Assembly (NCBI GenBank): GCA_045660845.1
Contig: JAZREO010000115.1
Span: forward strand, 1 to 49,597
Reading direction: 5' to 3'
Length of the DNA: 49,597 nt
Source: Eubacteriales bacterium
GTDB taxonomy: Bacteria > Bacillota > Clostridia > Oscillospirales > QAKW01
Shown here: positions 1-9,029 of the stretch, one piece after another
Numbering within the stretch: the stretch's first letter is position 1
Layout of the letters: each line of letters opens with the position of its first letter
The notes under the pieces: model-generated
The model's database searches: none
Told to the model about the DNA's origin: nothing
Seen by the model: the letters and a program-made list of their open reading frames with translations, nothing else
Translations under genes and position numbers: made by a program

Positions 1-78
1 CATCCCAATGACCTTTTGATCAAAGGCAACGATCTTGGTGGTGGACCCACCAACATCTACTCCTAAAATAACAGACAT
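1..78 (-). CDS. 5' part of a probable type II pantothenate kinase (ASKHA fold); runs off the window edge
   Basis: Reverse strand from ATG at 78 reads MSVILGVDVGGSTTKIVAFDQKVIGM, an ASKHA phosphate-1 motif (GxDxGGSTTK). AAGGA RBS and a TTGACT-17-TATAAT promoter lie upstream. Not in the ORF track; only 26 codons are visible. Confidence 0.55.
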   Translation of the reverse strand, partial: MSVILGVDVGGSTTKIVAFDQKVIGM

Positions 79-145
79 AAAAAACACATTCCTTTTCCTT
101 GGATTGGTTTTATTATAAGCGGAAGTTTTAAAAAAGTCAAACAAT

Positions 146-180
146 AAAAAAGCGGAATGGCTGAGCCATCCCGCTTTTTT
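146..180. terminator. Intrinsic terminator after the uracil permease
   Basis: AAAAAAGCGGAATGGC/GCCATCCCGCTTTTTT hairpin with A and T tracts. Confidence 0.8.
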
Positions 181-194
181 GCAGAAGCATTTAA

Positions 195-1532
195 TTAGTC
201 TTTCTTCAGATTGAGAACAACATTGACAATGATGCCTAGGATCAGAGCGCAGGCAATGGAGGTCAGGGTCACCTTACCGAAGGTCAGGGTCAGACCGCCG
301 ATGCCGCAGATCAGGATGGTGGACACAACGAACAGGTTTTTATTCTGCTCCAGGTCTACCTTCTGGACCATCTTCAGACCGGATACAGCGATGAAGCCGT
401 AGAGCGCGATGCAAACGCCGCCCATCACGCAGGAGGGGATGGAGTTTACGAAGGCAACGAAGGGAGCGAGGAAGGAGATCAGAACCGCCAGGAAAGCAGT
501 GGTGCCAATGGTATAGACCGAAGCGTTGCCGCTGATAGCGACGCAGGCAACAGACTCACCGTAGGTGGTATGGGGGCAGCCGCCGAAGACGGCGCCGGCT
601 GCGGGGCCGATACCGTCGCCCAGCAGGGTGCGGTGCAGACCGGGATCCTCCAGCAGATCCTTCTCGATGATGGAGGAGATATTCTTGTGATCTGCGATGT
701 GTTCAGCAAAGACCACGAATGCAACGGGGATGTATGCTACCGCGATGGAAGCAATATAGGTGCCGTTCAGCTCGCTGATGCCCTTGAGGGCGGTGGCGAA
801 GGTCAGATCGGGAATCTGAATGAAGGTTTCAAGGGTGATGCCGTTTGCCCAAAGCGCGGTGATGGGGGAGTAGTCGATGACCTTAAGAGCATCGATGCCT
901 GCAACATTACCGATGACGGTGAAGACAGAGCCGACTGCATAACCGGCAAGGATACCGATGATGAAGGGGATCATCTTCGCCATCTTCTTACCGAAGGTGG
1001 AGGCGATGATGGTAACAAAGAGGGTGACCAGACCGCAGACAACGGCGATGAGGGTATGACCGCCGGCGGGAGCCTTCTGCAGGTCGCCGATGGCGTTGCC
1101 GGCAAGGGAAAGACCGATGATGGCAACGGTAGGACCGATGACAACAGCGGGCATCAGCTTATTGATCCAGCCCACACCGGCGAGCTTGACGATGATGGCG
1201 ATAACAACATACACCAGACCGGCAAAGACCGCACCGAGGATCAGACCCAGATAGCCGAGGCTCATGGAGACGCCGCCTGCGAAAGCAGCAGCCATGGAGC
1301 CAAGGAAGGCAAAGGAGCTGCCTAAGAAGACGGGGCTTCTGAACTTGGTGAACAGCAGGTAAACGAAGGTACCGATACCGGCGCCGAGAAGGGCGGCGGC
1401 AGGGGTCATGCCGTTACCGATGATGATGGGCACTACCAGGGTAGCTGCCATGATCGCCAGCAGCTGCTGGATGGCAAACACGATGTTTGCACCGAACTTG
1501 GGTTTCTCATGGGGTTGGAAAACGAGTTTCAT
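195..1532 (-). CDS. uraA: Uracil/xanthine permease (NCS2 family)
   Basis: Very hydrophobic 445 aa; FLGSSFAF, EHIADH, TLLGDG and TTYGE motifs; directly downstream of pyrR. Confidence 0.9.
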   Translation of the reverse strand: MKLVFQPHEKPKFGANIVFAIQQLLAIMAATLVVPIIIGNGMTPAAALLGAGIGTFVYLLFTKFRSPVFLGSSFAFLGSMAAAFAGGVSMSLGYLGLILGAVFAGLVYVVIAIIVKLAGVGWINKLMPAVVIGPTVAIIGLSLAGNAIGDLQKAPAGGHTLIAVVCGLVTLFVTIIASTFGKKMAKMIPFIIGILAGYAVGSVFTVIGNVAGIDALKVIDYSPITALWANGITLETFIQIPDLTFATALKGISELNGTYIASIAVAYIPVAFVVFAEHIADHKNISSIIEKDLLEDPGLHRTLLGDGIGPAAGAVFGGCPHTTYGESVACVAISGNASVYTIGTTAFLAVLISFLAPFVAFVNSIPSCVMGGVCIALYGFIAVSGLKMVQKVDLEQNKNLFVVSTILICGIGGLTLTFGKVTLTSIACALILGIIVNVVLNLKKD

Positions 1533-1544
1533 TCGAAATTCCTC

Positions 1545-2078
1545 CTAAATTTGATTTTCATATAGATCCACGTTTATGACCTCGTCATAAGGTGGAATAT
1601 GAACCTTAATGGTCTCGCTGCGGGCGGTGGGGACATTTTTGCCCACATAGTCGCCCCGAATGGGCAGCTCGCGATGCCCCCGGTCGATGAGGACTGCCAG
1701 CTGGATCCGGCTGGGACGCCCCCAGGAGAGGACTGCTTCCAGCGCCGCCCGGGCGGTCCGCCCGGTATAGATCACGTCGTCCACTAAAATGACAGTCTTG
1801 CCCTCCACCGGGCAGCCGGCTGCCACCGGAGGGGCGGGCTTATGGGTGAGATCGTCCCGGTAGAAGGTGATATCCACCGTCCCCCGGTGGACGGTTAGGT
1901 CGGAAAATCGTTCTATATTCGCGGCGATCAGTTCCGCCAGCGGCTCACCGCGGCGCTCCACACCGATGAGGGTAACTTCTTTTTCGGTGCCGATCCGCTC
2001 GATGATCTCATGGGCGATCCGCGCCAGTGCGCGGCGCACATCCGCTTCCTCCATAATTCGGGAACGAAATTTTTCCAT
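1545..2078 (-). CDS. pyrR: Pyrimidine operon attenuation protein / uracil PRTase PyrR
   Basis: RIAHEIIE, DITFYRDD, LVDDVIYTGRT, DRGHRELPI motifs; start moved to ATG 2078 after a GGAGA RBS. Confidence 0.95.
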   Translation of the reverse strand: MEKFRSRIMEEADVRRALARIAHEIIERIGTEKEVTLIGVERRGEPLAELIAANIERFSDLTVHRGTVDITFYRDDLTHKPAPPVAAGCPVEGKTVILVDDVIYTGRTARAALEAVLSWGRPSRIQLAVLIDRGHRELPIRGDYVGKNVPTARSETIKVHIPPYDEVINVDLYENQI

Positions 2079-2087
2079 AATCTCTCC

Positions 2088-2182
2088 TAAAAAAAATAGC
2101 CCTGCCATATGGCGCTTGGCAAGACCGTTCAAAATTTGCTATGGTGGTTCTTGCCGATGTCTCGCATCGATTTAAAGACCCT
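2088..2182 (-). promoter_or_regulatory. PyrR-binding attenuator leader
   Basis: Minus strand GTCTTTAAA-TCGATG-CGAGA-CATCGG-CAAGA resembles the PyrR binding stem, followed by a GC-rich hairpin and T tract just before the pyrR RBS. Confidence 0.7.
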
Positions 2183-2325
2183 GTTCTATCCTCTGCAAGT
2201 ATACCGCAATTTCTTTTGTTTGTAAACCCTTTTTTGACAGATTTTGCGAAATTTAATTCTTGACAAAGTCCCCCACGCAGTGTTACGATTTAAATAGTAA
2301 AAATAAAGAAAAGGAAGTGGCTTTC

Positions 2326-2955
2326 ATGGCGAATGTTATCGTCTTTGATCATCCTCTGATCCAGCATAAGATCTCTATTCTCCGAAATGTGGAGACCAGC
2401 AGCAATCAATTCCGCGCATTGGTAGAGGAGATCACCATGCTGATGTGCTATGAGTCCATGCGGGATCTGCCGCTGGAGGAGGTGGAGATCACCACCCCCA
2501 TCTGCAAGACCCGTACCAACATGATCGCTGGGATCAAGCTGGCGGTCATTCCCATCCTGCGTGCTGGACTTGGCATGGTCAACGGTGTATTAAACCTGGT
2601 CCCCTCCGCAAGAGTCGGACATATCGGGATGTATCGCGACGAGGAAACGCTGGAGCCCCATCCCTATTACTGCAAGCTGCCTGCCAATATCGGTAAGCGG
2701 TTGGCAATTGTTGTGGACCCCATGCTGGCAACCGGCGGTTCCGCCATCGATGCCATCAATCAGATCAAGGAGCTGGGCGGTAAGAAGATCAAGTTTATGT
2801 GTCTGATCGCAGCCCCCGAGGGCGTTAAGGCGCTGACCGACGCTCATCCGGATGTGGATATCTACTGTGCCCATGTGGATGAAGGGCTGAATGAGCATGC
2901 TTATATCGTGCCCGGCTTGGGTGATGCAGGTGACCGCATCTTCGGTACCAAGTAA
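2326..2955 (+). CDS. upp: Uracil phosphoribosyltransferase
   Basis: [39 protein letters not shown]; ATG 2326 after an AAGGAAG RBS. Confidence 0.97.
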   Translation: MANVIVFDHPLIQHKISILRNVETSSNQFRALVEEITMLMCYESMRDLPLEEVEITTPICKTRTNMIAGIKLAVIPILRAGLGMVNGVLNLVPSARVGHIGMYRDEETLEPHPYYCKLPANIGKRLAIVVDPMLATGGSAIDAINQIKELGGKKIKFMCLIAAPEGVKALTDAHPDVDIYCAHVDEGLNEHAYIVPGLGDAGDRIFGTK

Positions 2956-2965
2956 TTGAATAAGA

Positions 2966-3006
2966 AAACACCTCCGTGTCGATCATCTTGACACGGAGGT
3001 ATTTTT
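2966..3006 (+). terminator. upp terminator whose 3' arm contains the spoIIR RBS
   Basis: ACCTCCGTGTC/GACACGGAGGT stem followed by ATTTTT and the ATG at 3007. Confidence 0.7.
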
Positions 3007-3633
3007 ATGAAAAAAACATTGATCTACATCTTAGTCCCGGCAATGGTCCTGCTGGTGTCTATGCTTTATCTGTTGCTCGCCGGGGAGCGGGATGCGGAGG
3101 AAATCCGCAGCGGAGTAGTACGATTTCATGTTGTGGCGGAGTCGGACAGCGCCGAGGATCAAGCACTGAAATTAAAGGTGCGGGACGGTGTTTTTACCAT
3201 GATCGAAGAGCTTTTTACCGGTTGCACCGGCAGGGAAGAAGCGCTGGCGGTCGCCTGTGCCAATCGGCAGCGGCTGACAGAGGAAGCAGAGCGGATCCTG
3301 CGGCAGAACGGCTGCACAGATCCGGTGACGCTGGAGATCGGAACTCGCTTTTTTCCCACCAAGGATTACGGGACGCTTTCCTTTCCTGCGGGGAAGTATC
3401 AGGCGGTGAGCATCCGCATCGGCGCGGCGCAGGGACAGAATTTCTGGTGCGTCCTCTATCCCGCACTCTGCATTGCGCCGGCGGTGGCGGCGGATACGGC
3501 AGAGGATGAAATGACCGCCATCCTCGGCGGTCAGACCACCGAATTTCTCAAAAAAAGCACGCATAAGCAACAGATCAAATTTGCATTGGTGGAGTGGTTT
3601 GAGCATTGCTTGCAAAAAATTCTAAAATCATAG
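3007..3633 (+). CDS. spoIIR: Stage II sporulation protein R
   Basis: N-terminal hydrophobic segment; VRFHVVAESDSAEDQALKLKVRD, FPTKDYG, PAGKYQA, GQNFWCVLYP motifs. Confidence 0.92.
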   Translation: MKKTLIYILVPAMVLLVSMLYLLLAGERDAEEIRSGVVRFHVVAESDSAEDQALKLKVRDGVFTMIEELFTGCTGREEALAVACANRQRLTEEAERILRQNGCTDPVTLEIGTRFFPTKDYGTLSFPAGKYQAVSIRIGAAQGQNFWCVLYPALCIAPAVAADTAEDEMTAILGGQTTEFLKKSTHKQQIKFALVEWFEHCLQKILKS

Positions 3634-3713
3634 AAGATTTTTGAAAAAACCTCTTTATTTTATTTCTTATTTATGTTATTATAATCGAAGAATAAAAGGT
3701 GGAGGTATCTCTA

Positions 3714-5051
3714 ATGAAAAAAGCAATCAGATTAATCAGCCTTTTAATGGCTTTAATTTTGGGTCTGAGTTTGTTCACCGGTTGCGCTTCCAACGATGAG
3801 AACGGTGCTGGGGACGATGAACTGGAAATGTATTCCATGACCATCGGGATTCCGGTGGCACCCGGCGATGAGGCGTGGGCAGATTGGGAACCGATCTTGT
3901 CGAGCGTTGTCAGTGATTTTGAAACGTTCTATAAGTTCGATGTGAAATTTACCAAGATCCCGACGGAGGAAAAGGAACTGAAGAAGTTCATAAAGAAGGT
4001 CGAAAACGGCAAGGTCGCCTGTTTCTTCTCTTCCCGGGAGGAATTTATTGATACCCTCATTGAAAAAGAAAGTCTTTTGACCTTTGAGGCGCTGCAGAAG
4101 AAGTATGAAGCGGTGCTGGAGGAGTCTCCCGACGGGATCTTCGCTATTTCGGAGGAGTCCGATCTGACCAACTATATGTACCCCCTCTTCGGCACTTTCC
4201 AGGGGCTTTATTATAACCGGTCCCTCTTTAAGGAACTGGGGCTTGAAAATCCTACCACCTGGGAAAACCTGCTGGCCGCCATCGATGCCATCAAGGCAAA
4301 GGGGCTCACCCCCATCGCCGCCGGCTTTGCCGATGAAGGTCTGGATTATTTGGTAGAGGAGCTGATCATGTCGGAGGGCGGTACCGCGGAGCACAGTTAT
4401 CAGCCTACCTTCGGCGTCATCTCCAGCTGGGAGCGTGCTGTTGCCGATATCAAGACCCTGCAGGGCTTGGGCGCCTTTACCGCAGATTGCTATAATGTCA
4501 ACTTTGAGGATGCAGTCCAGTCCTTCCTGGATGGTACTTCCCCTATGATCGTGGCTCCCTCCAACGCCTTTGGCGGTGAGCTTTCCGCAGACGATGTGAA
4601 GGTCGTCGGCTTCCCCAAAACCCCCACCGGGCGGCGGGAGGAAGGTGCCTTCGTCGGCGACATGACCCATGGGATCTACATCAGCAAGGCGTTCTTCAAT
4701 AAGGTGGATGAGGATGGCCGCTATTCCGATATCATTGTCGAGCTTCTGGGCAGCGACTATTTCGGTTCCGCTGATCTCTACGAGATCTTTAAGGAAGAAA
4801 GCACCATCTATGCAAACTTTAAATATTATGAAGAACTGGACGGTACTAACTACGAGGATTCTCTCGGGGCGCTGGTGAAGAATGCAACCTCGGCTGATCG
4901 CCCCATGAGCCAGCAAGCGCTGACCTTTGATACGACCGTATCCTGCTTCCGCAAGGCGCTGAACGGTGCTGATGTCCAGACTGTGCTGCAGGAGGCGACT
5001 GACGCGGAGATCGCTGCTGCAGAAGACGCCGCAGCAGCAGAGGAAAAGTAA
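3714..5051 (+). CDS. ABC-type (carbohydrate family) extracellular solute-binding lipoprotein
   Basis: Signal peptide with lipobox LFTGC; GLYYNRSLFKELGLENPTTWENL motif; GGAGG RBS before ATG 3714. Confidence 0.8.
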   Translation: MKKAIRLISLLMALILGLSLFTGCASNDENGAGDDELEMYSMTIGIPVAPGDEAWADWEPILSSVVSDFETFYKFDVKFTKIPTEEKELKKFIKKVENGKVACFFSSREEFIDTLIEKESLLTFEALQKKYEAVLEESPDGIFAISEESDLTNYMYPLFGTFQGLYYNRSLFKELGLENPTTWENLLAAIDAIKAKGLTPIAAGFADEGLDYLVEELIMSEGGTAEHSYQPTFGVISSWERAVADIKTLQGLGAFTADCYNVNFEDAVQSFLDGTSPMIVAPSNAFGGELSADDVKVVGFPKTPTGRREEGAFVGDMTHGIYISKAFFNKVDEDGRYSDIIVELLGSDYFGSADLYEIFKEESTIYANFKYYEELDGTNYEDSLGALVKNATSADRPMSQQALTFDTTVSCFRKALNGADVQTVLQEATDAEIAAAEDAAAAEEK

Positions 5052-5053
5052 GA

Positions 5054-5482
5054 ATGTTGAAAAAAATCCTGCAATGCTGCCGCTGGATCGGAAAGCATTG
5101 GGCAATCTCGCTGGCGTCCTTTCTGATCGTCGCGATCACCGCCATGACCTTGATCTGCTGGAATGCTTTTGGCAAGGAGAAGGCGGAGATCGTACCGGTC
5201 TATGTGACGGTCACCGGTCTCGGCGAGGGGAAAGATATGGAAAAACGGGAACTGATGGTGGAGGAAAGCACCACTGTTGGGGAGATCTTCTCCCTTAAAT
5301 ATCCCGAAATTTACGAGGAGTTCCAGCAGCCACTGGTGATGAATAATGTCTTCCAGTCTTTTCAGGGCATCCGTCCTACCGCAGGCAAGCAATTTTATGT
5401 CAAGATCGACGGTACTTATGAAAATAACCTGACCCAGGCGTTCACCTATGAAGGATGTATCATCGAGATCGAATATCGATAA
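5054..5482 (+). CDS. Membrane-anchored protein, possibly DUF4430-like beta-grasp domain
   Basis: Single N-terminal TM; C-terminal pattern FYVKIDG...GCIIEIEY; starts 2 nt after the lipoprotein stop. Confidence 0.55.
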   Translation: MLKKILQCCRWIGKHWAISLASFLIVAITAMTLICWNAFGKEKAEIVPVYVTVTGLGEGKDMEKRELMVEESTTVGEIFSLKYPEIYEEFQQPLVMNNVFQSFQGIRPTAGKQFYVKIDGTYENNLTQAFTYEGCIIEIEYR

Positions 5483-5516
5483 ATAAAAATCCACCCCGTC
5501 AGGGTGGATTTTTATT
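5481..5516 (+). terminator. Intrinsic terminator
   Basis: AAAAATCCACCC-CGTCA-GGGTGGATTTTT. Confidence 0.8.
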
Positions 5517-5583
5517 TACAAATTCATTTTTATACGATATAATATATATTTGTTTAAAAACCAATCACAGGAGTGTGAAAAAA

Positions 5584-6414
5584 ATGTACCGTATTGTGAA
5601 AAAGGAGTCGCTGAACCCTACCGTTTCCAAAATGGTGATCGAAGCGCCTCTTATTGCTAAAAAAGCCCGAGCAGGGCAATTTATCATCCTGCGGGTGGAT
5701 GACCGGGGGGAGCGGGTCCCTTTGACCATTGCCGACTATGATCGGGAAGCGGGGACGGTCACCATCATCTATCAGATCGTGGGCGCGACCACCATGCGGC
5801 TGGATCGGCTGCAGGAAGGGGAGAGCCTGGCGGACTTTGTGGGTCCCTTAGGGAAGCCGACGGATGTGGAAGGCAAAAAGCGGGTCGCCGTTGTGGGCGG
5901 TGGCGTGGGCTGTGCCATTGCGCTGCCGGTGGCGAAAGCCATGAAGGAGTCCGGTGCGGTGGTGGATACCGTCGTAGGCTTCCGCAATCGGGACCTGGTG
6001 ATCCTGGAGAAGGAATTCAAGGCGGTCAGTCAGGAATACTGCCTGATGACCGACGATGGCTCTGCCGGTCAAAAAGGGCTGGTGACCGATGCGCTGAAGC
6101 AGCTGCTGGAGTGCAATCAATATGATGAGGTCATTGCCATCGGACCCTTGGTGATGATGAAATTTGTCTGCCTTCTGACCAAGGAATACGGCGTCAAGAC
6201 GGTGGTCAGCATGAACCCCATTATGATCGACGGCACCGGAATGTGCGGCGGCTGCCGGCTGACGGTGGGCGGCGAGACGAAATTTGCCTGCGTAGACGGT
6301 CCGGAATTTGACGGGCACCTGGTAGATTTTGACCAGGCAATGGAGCGGGGGCGCACCTATCATGCTTATGAGCAGGAGCGGTGCAATCTCATGAGAAAAG
6401 AGGTGCAGGACTAA
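5584..6414 (+). CDS. nfnA: NfnA-like FAD/NAD(P)-binding [2Fe-2S] subunit of ferredoxin:NADP+ oxidoreductase
   Basis: GQFIIL, GERVPLTIAD, GGGVG, MIDGTGMCGGCR, FACVDGPEF; stop overlaps the next start. Confidence 0.85.
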   Translation: MYRIVKKESLNPTVSKMVIEAPLIAKKARAGQFIILRVDDRGERVPLTIADYDREAGTVTIIYQIVGATTMRLDRLQEGESLADFVGPLGKPTDVEGKKRVAVVGGGVGCAIALPVAKAMKESGAVVDTVVGFRNRDLVILEKEFKAVSQEYCLMTDDGSAGQKGLVTDALKQLLECNQYDEVIAIGPLVMMKFVCLLTKEYGVKTVVSMNPIMIDGTGMCGGCRLTVGGETKFACVDGPEFDGHLVDFDQAMERGRTYHAYEQERCNLMRKEVQD

Positions 6415-7796
6415 TGGCTAATATGAGCATGGAAAAGCAAAAGATGCCGGAGCTTGCGCCGGAGGTCCGTAATAAAAATTTTGAGGAAGTTGCCCTGGGC
6501 TATACCGCCGAGCAGGCGGTGGAGGAGGCAAACCGTTGCCTGCAATGCAAGCATAAGCCCTGCGTGGGCGGCTGCCCGGTTCAGATCGATATTCCCGCCT
6601 TCATCAAAAAGATCCAGGAGCGGGATTTTGAGGGCGCTTATGAGATCATCAGCGCCTCCAGCGCCTTGCCGGCAGTCTGCGGGCGGGTCTGTCCCCAGGA
6701 AAACCAGTGCGAGGGGAAGTGTGTCCGGGGGATCAAGGGCGAGCCGGTCGCCATCGGACGGTTGGAGCGGTTTGCCGCCGACTGGCATATGGCAAACGCG
6801 AAAACCCAGCCGGAAAAACCGAAAACCAACGGGAAAAGAGTGGCGGTCATCGGCAGCGGTCCGGCGGGACTCACCTGCGCCGGCGATCTGGCGCGCAAGG
6901 GCTATGAGGTCACTGTCTTTGAGGCGCTGCACATTCCCGGCGGTGTACTTGTCTACGGCATCCCTGAGTTCCGCTTGCCCAAAGCGATCGTTGCGCGGGA
7001 GATCGAGGGACTTAAGGCAATGGGCGTTAAGGTGGAGACCAATATGGTCATCGGTCGGATCCTTTCCATCGATGAGCTCTTTGAGCAGGGGTATGACGGG
7101 GTATTTATCGGCAGTGGTGCCGGTCTGCCCCGATTTATGGGCATCCCCGGTGAAAACCTCAAGGGAGTCTTTTCTGCCAATGAATTTCTGACCCGAGTGA
7201 ATTTGATGAAAGCCTATGAGTCCGATAGCGAGACCCCCATCCAGAGAGGACGCAGAGTTGCGGTGGTGGGCGGCGGAAACGTGGCAATGGATGCCGCCCG
7301 CTGCGCCAAGCGATTGGGTGCAGAGGAGGTCTATATCGTCTATCGTCGTTCCATGGAGGAGATTCCTGCTCGTGCAGAGGAGATCCACCATGCCATTGAG
7401 GAGGGGATCATCTTCAAGACCCTCACCAACCCGGTGGAGATCTTAGGGGACGAGCACCAGAATGTCACCGGGCTTTCCTGCGTGGAGATGACGCTGGGCG
7501 AGCCGGACGAAAGCGGGCGCCGCAGACCGGTGGTCAAAGAGGGCAGTGAGCATACTTTGGAGATGGATGTGGTCATTATGGCCATCGGAACCTCTCCCAA
7601 CCCGCTGATCCGCTCCACCACTCCGGGACTTGCGACCAATAAATGGGGCTGCATCGTCACCGAGGAGGAGACCGGATTGACCTCCCGTGAGGGGGTCTAT
7701 GCCGGCGGTGACGCAGTCACCGGCGCGGCAACGGTCATTCTTGCCATGGGTGCCGGAAAGCAAGCAGCCAAAGCGATTGATGAGAAATTAAAATAA
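6414..7796 (+). CDS. nfnB: NfnB-like subunit (GltD-like glutamate synthase small-chain family)
   Basis: RCLQC..C..GCP and CGRVCPQENQCE Fe-S motifs, GSGPAGL, GGGNVAMD, GGDAVTG; paired with the NfnA-like gene and no gltB nearby. Confidence 0.82.
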   Translation: MANMSMEKQKMPELAPEVRNKNFEEVALGYTAEQAVEEANRCLQCKHKPCVGGCPVQIDIPAFIKKIQERDFEGAYEIISASSALPAVCGRVCPQENQCEGKCVRGIKGEPVAIGRLERFAADWHMANAKTQPEKPKTNGKRVAVIGSGPAGLTCAGDLARKGYEVTVFEALHIPGGVLVYGIPEFRLPKAIVAREIEGLKAMGVKVETNMVIGRILSIDELFEQGYDGVFIGSGAGLPRFMGIPGENLKGVFSANEFLTRVNLMKAYESDSETPIQRGRRVAVVGGGNVAMDAARCAKRLGAEEVYIVYRRSMEEIPARAEEIHHAIEEGIIFKTLTNPVEILGDEHQNVTGLSCVEMTLGEPDESGRRRPVVKEGSEHTLEMDVVIMAIGTSPNPLIRSTTPGLATNKWGCIVTEEETGLTSREGVYAGGDAVTGAATVILAMGAGKQAAKAIDEKLK

Positions 7797-7799
7797 TAG

Positions 7800-7837
7800 A
7801 AAATGCCTTGTATATTTTTCATACAAGGCATTTTTTA
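7800..7837. terminator. Bidirectional terminator
   Basis: AAAATGCCTTGTAT/ATACAAGGCATTTT between convergent genes. Confidence 0.8.
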
Positions 7838-7847
7838 TCATTTGGGA

Positions 7848-8984
7848 TTACCGGGGCTGGGGAAGCTTCACAATATTGAAATAGCTGTCGAGAAGGGTGT
7901 AGAGGGGCTGGAAAAATCGCATGATGTTCCAGATGCTGATACCGGCGATTCCCAACTCCCGCACCAGCCCCAGTTTCGCCTGGTAGCTGCGGGCGTCTTC
8001 ATACCATACCTCATGCTGACGACGGCGGGTGTCGTAGTACCGGAACCAGGGGGATTCCGCTGTTTCGTCGTATTGGATCTCCGCGCCGTATTTCCGGGCG
8101 ATGGCGATGGCTTCATAGTTGCCGATAGACCGGGCGGGGCGTCCCTGCTCATAGGGCAGCGTCCAGTCGTAGCCGTAGTTCGGGATCCCCATCAGCAGCT
8201 TTTCACGGGGAATTTCCCCCACTGCGAAGTTCATCACCTGTGTCACATTGGGCAGCGGTGCCACTGCCATGGGCGGACCGAAGGTGTGACCCCATTCATA
8301 GGTCATAATCAGCGCCATATCCGCTGCCGCGCCCATGCCAGCGTAGTCGTGGGCTTCATAAAGCAGTCCCGGCTGTTCCCGGGAGGTCTTGGGCGCCAGG
8401 GCGATAAAGACCGGGTGGGGTGCCAGCTCCGTCTTCAGAAATTCCACCAACTCGGTGTAGTTCGTTCGGAGCCGTCCGGGGATATATTCCATATCCACAT
8501 CCACGCCGTAGTACCCTTTTTGCTCAATCACCGCCCGAAGTTCATTGGCAAGCCGCTGGCGGCGGTCCGCATTGTCCAGGATCCGGACAGCGCGCTCGCT
8601 GTTGAACCCGCCGCTCTCGTCCACCGTGGTCAGCACCAGCATGGGCGCGACCCCTGCCGCTTTGGCGGCGGCGATCAGTTCCTCATCGTCCTTGAGGATG
8701 ACCAGTCCGCCTTCGTCGGTAACCCCGTAACTGAAGATGGAAAGATAGGTCAGGTAGGGCAGGGTCTTGCGCAGTACCTCCCGGTCAATAAAGGGGTAGG
8801 CATAGCCGTTGACCTGTAGGGGTCCGCTCCGCTCCTCCGGGGAGGGGACAATCAGGCTATCGCCGATGACTAAGTATTTGTTTGGATCGATGCCGTTTGC
8901 CCGCACCAGTTGATCGACGGAAACACCGTATGACTTGCCGATCTTATAGAGGCTGTCGCCGGGCTGGATGGTTACGATGGTCAT
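7848..8984 (-). CDS. LysM + GH18 spore cortex N-acetylglucosaminidase (YaaH/SleL/YdhD family)
   Basis: N-terminal LysM (IQPGDSLYKI), GH18 DxDxE motif GVDVDMEY, MTYEWG, GIPNYGYDW, HEVWYED. Confidence 0.88.
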   Translation of the reverse strand: MTIVTIQPGDSLYKIGKSYGVSVDQLVRANGIDPNKYLVIGDSLIVPSPEERSGPLQVNGYAYPFIDREVLRKTLPYLTYLSIFSYGVTDEGGLVILKDDEELIAAAKAAGVAPMLVLTTVDESGGFNSERAVRILDNADRRQRLANELRAVIEQKGYYGVDVDMEYIPGRLRTNYTELVEFLKTELAPHPVFIALAPKTSREQPGLLYEAHDYAGMGAAADMALIMTYEWGHTFGPPMAVAPLPNVTQVMNFAVGEIPREKLLMGIPNYGYDWTLPYEQGRPARSIGNYEAIAIARKYGAEIQYDETAESPWFRYYDTRRRQHEVWYEDARSYQAKLGLVRELGIAGISIWNIMRFFQPLYTLLDSYFNIVKLPQPR

Positions 8985-9028
8985 AAAAAACACTCCTTTC
9001 ATAGAAGTATATGAAAGGAGTGTTTTTT
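8985..9028 (-). terminator. manA terminator overlapping the yaaH-like RBS and a probable SigE promoter
   Basis: Perfect IR AAAAAACACTCCTTTCATA/TATGAAAGGAGTGTTTTTT. Confidence 0.75.
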
Positions 9029-9029
9029 A

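Noticed and set aside
3753-5105. 450-aa minus-strand ORF
   Set aside because: Antisense shadow of the lipoprotein gene; no motifs, and such shadows are expected in GC-rich coding DNA
5545-5580. Possible Rex operator upstream of nfnAB
   Set aside because: Too poor a match to the TTGTGAA-N4-TTCACAA palindrome
7803-8819. 338-aa plus-strand ORF
   Set aside because: Antisense to the LysM-GH18 gene, which has clear motifs
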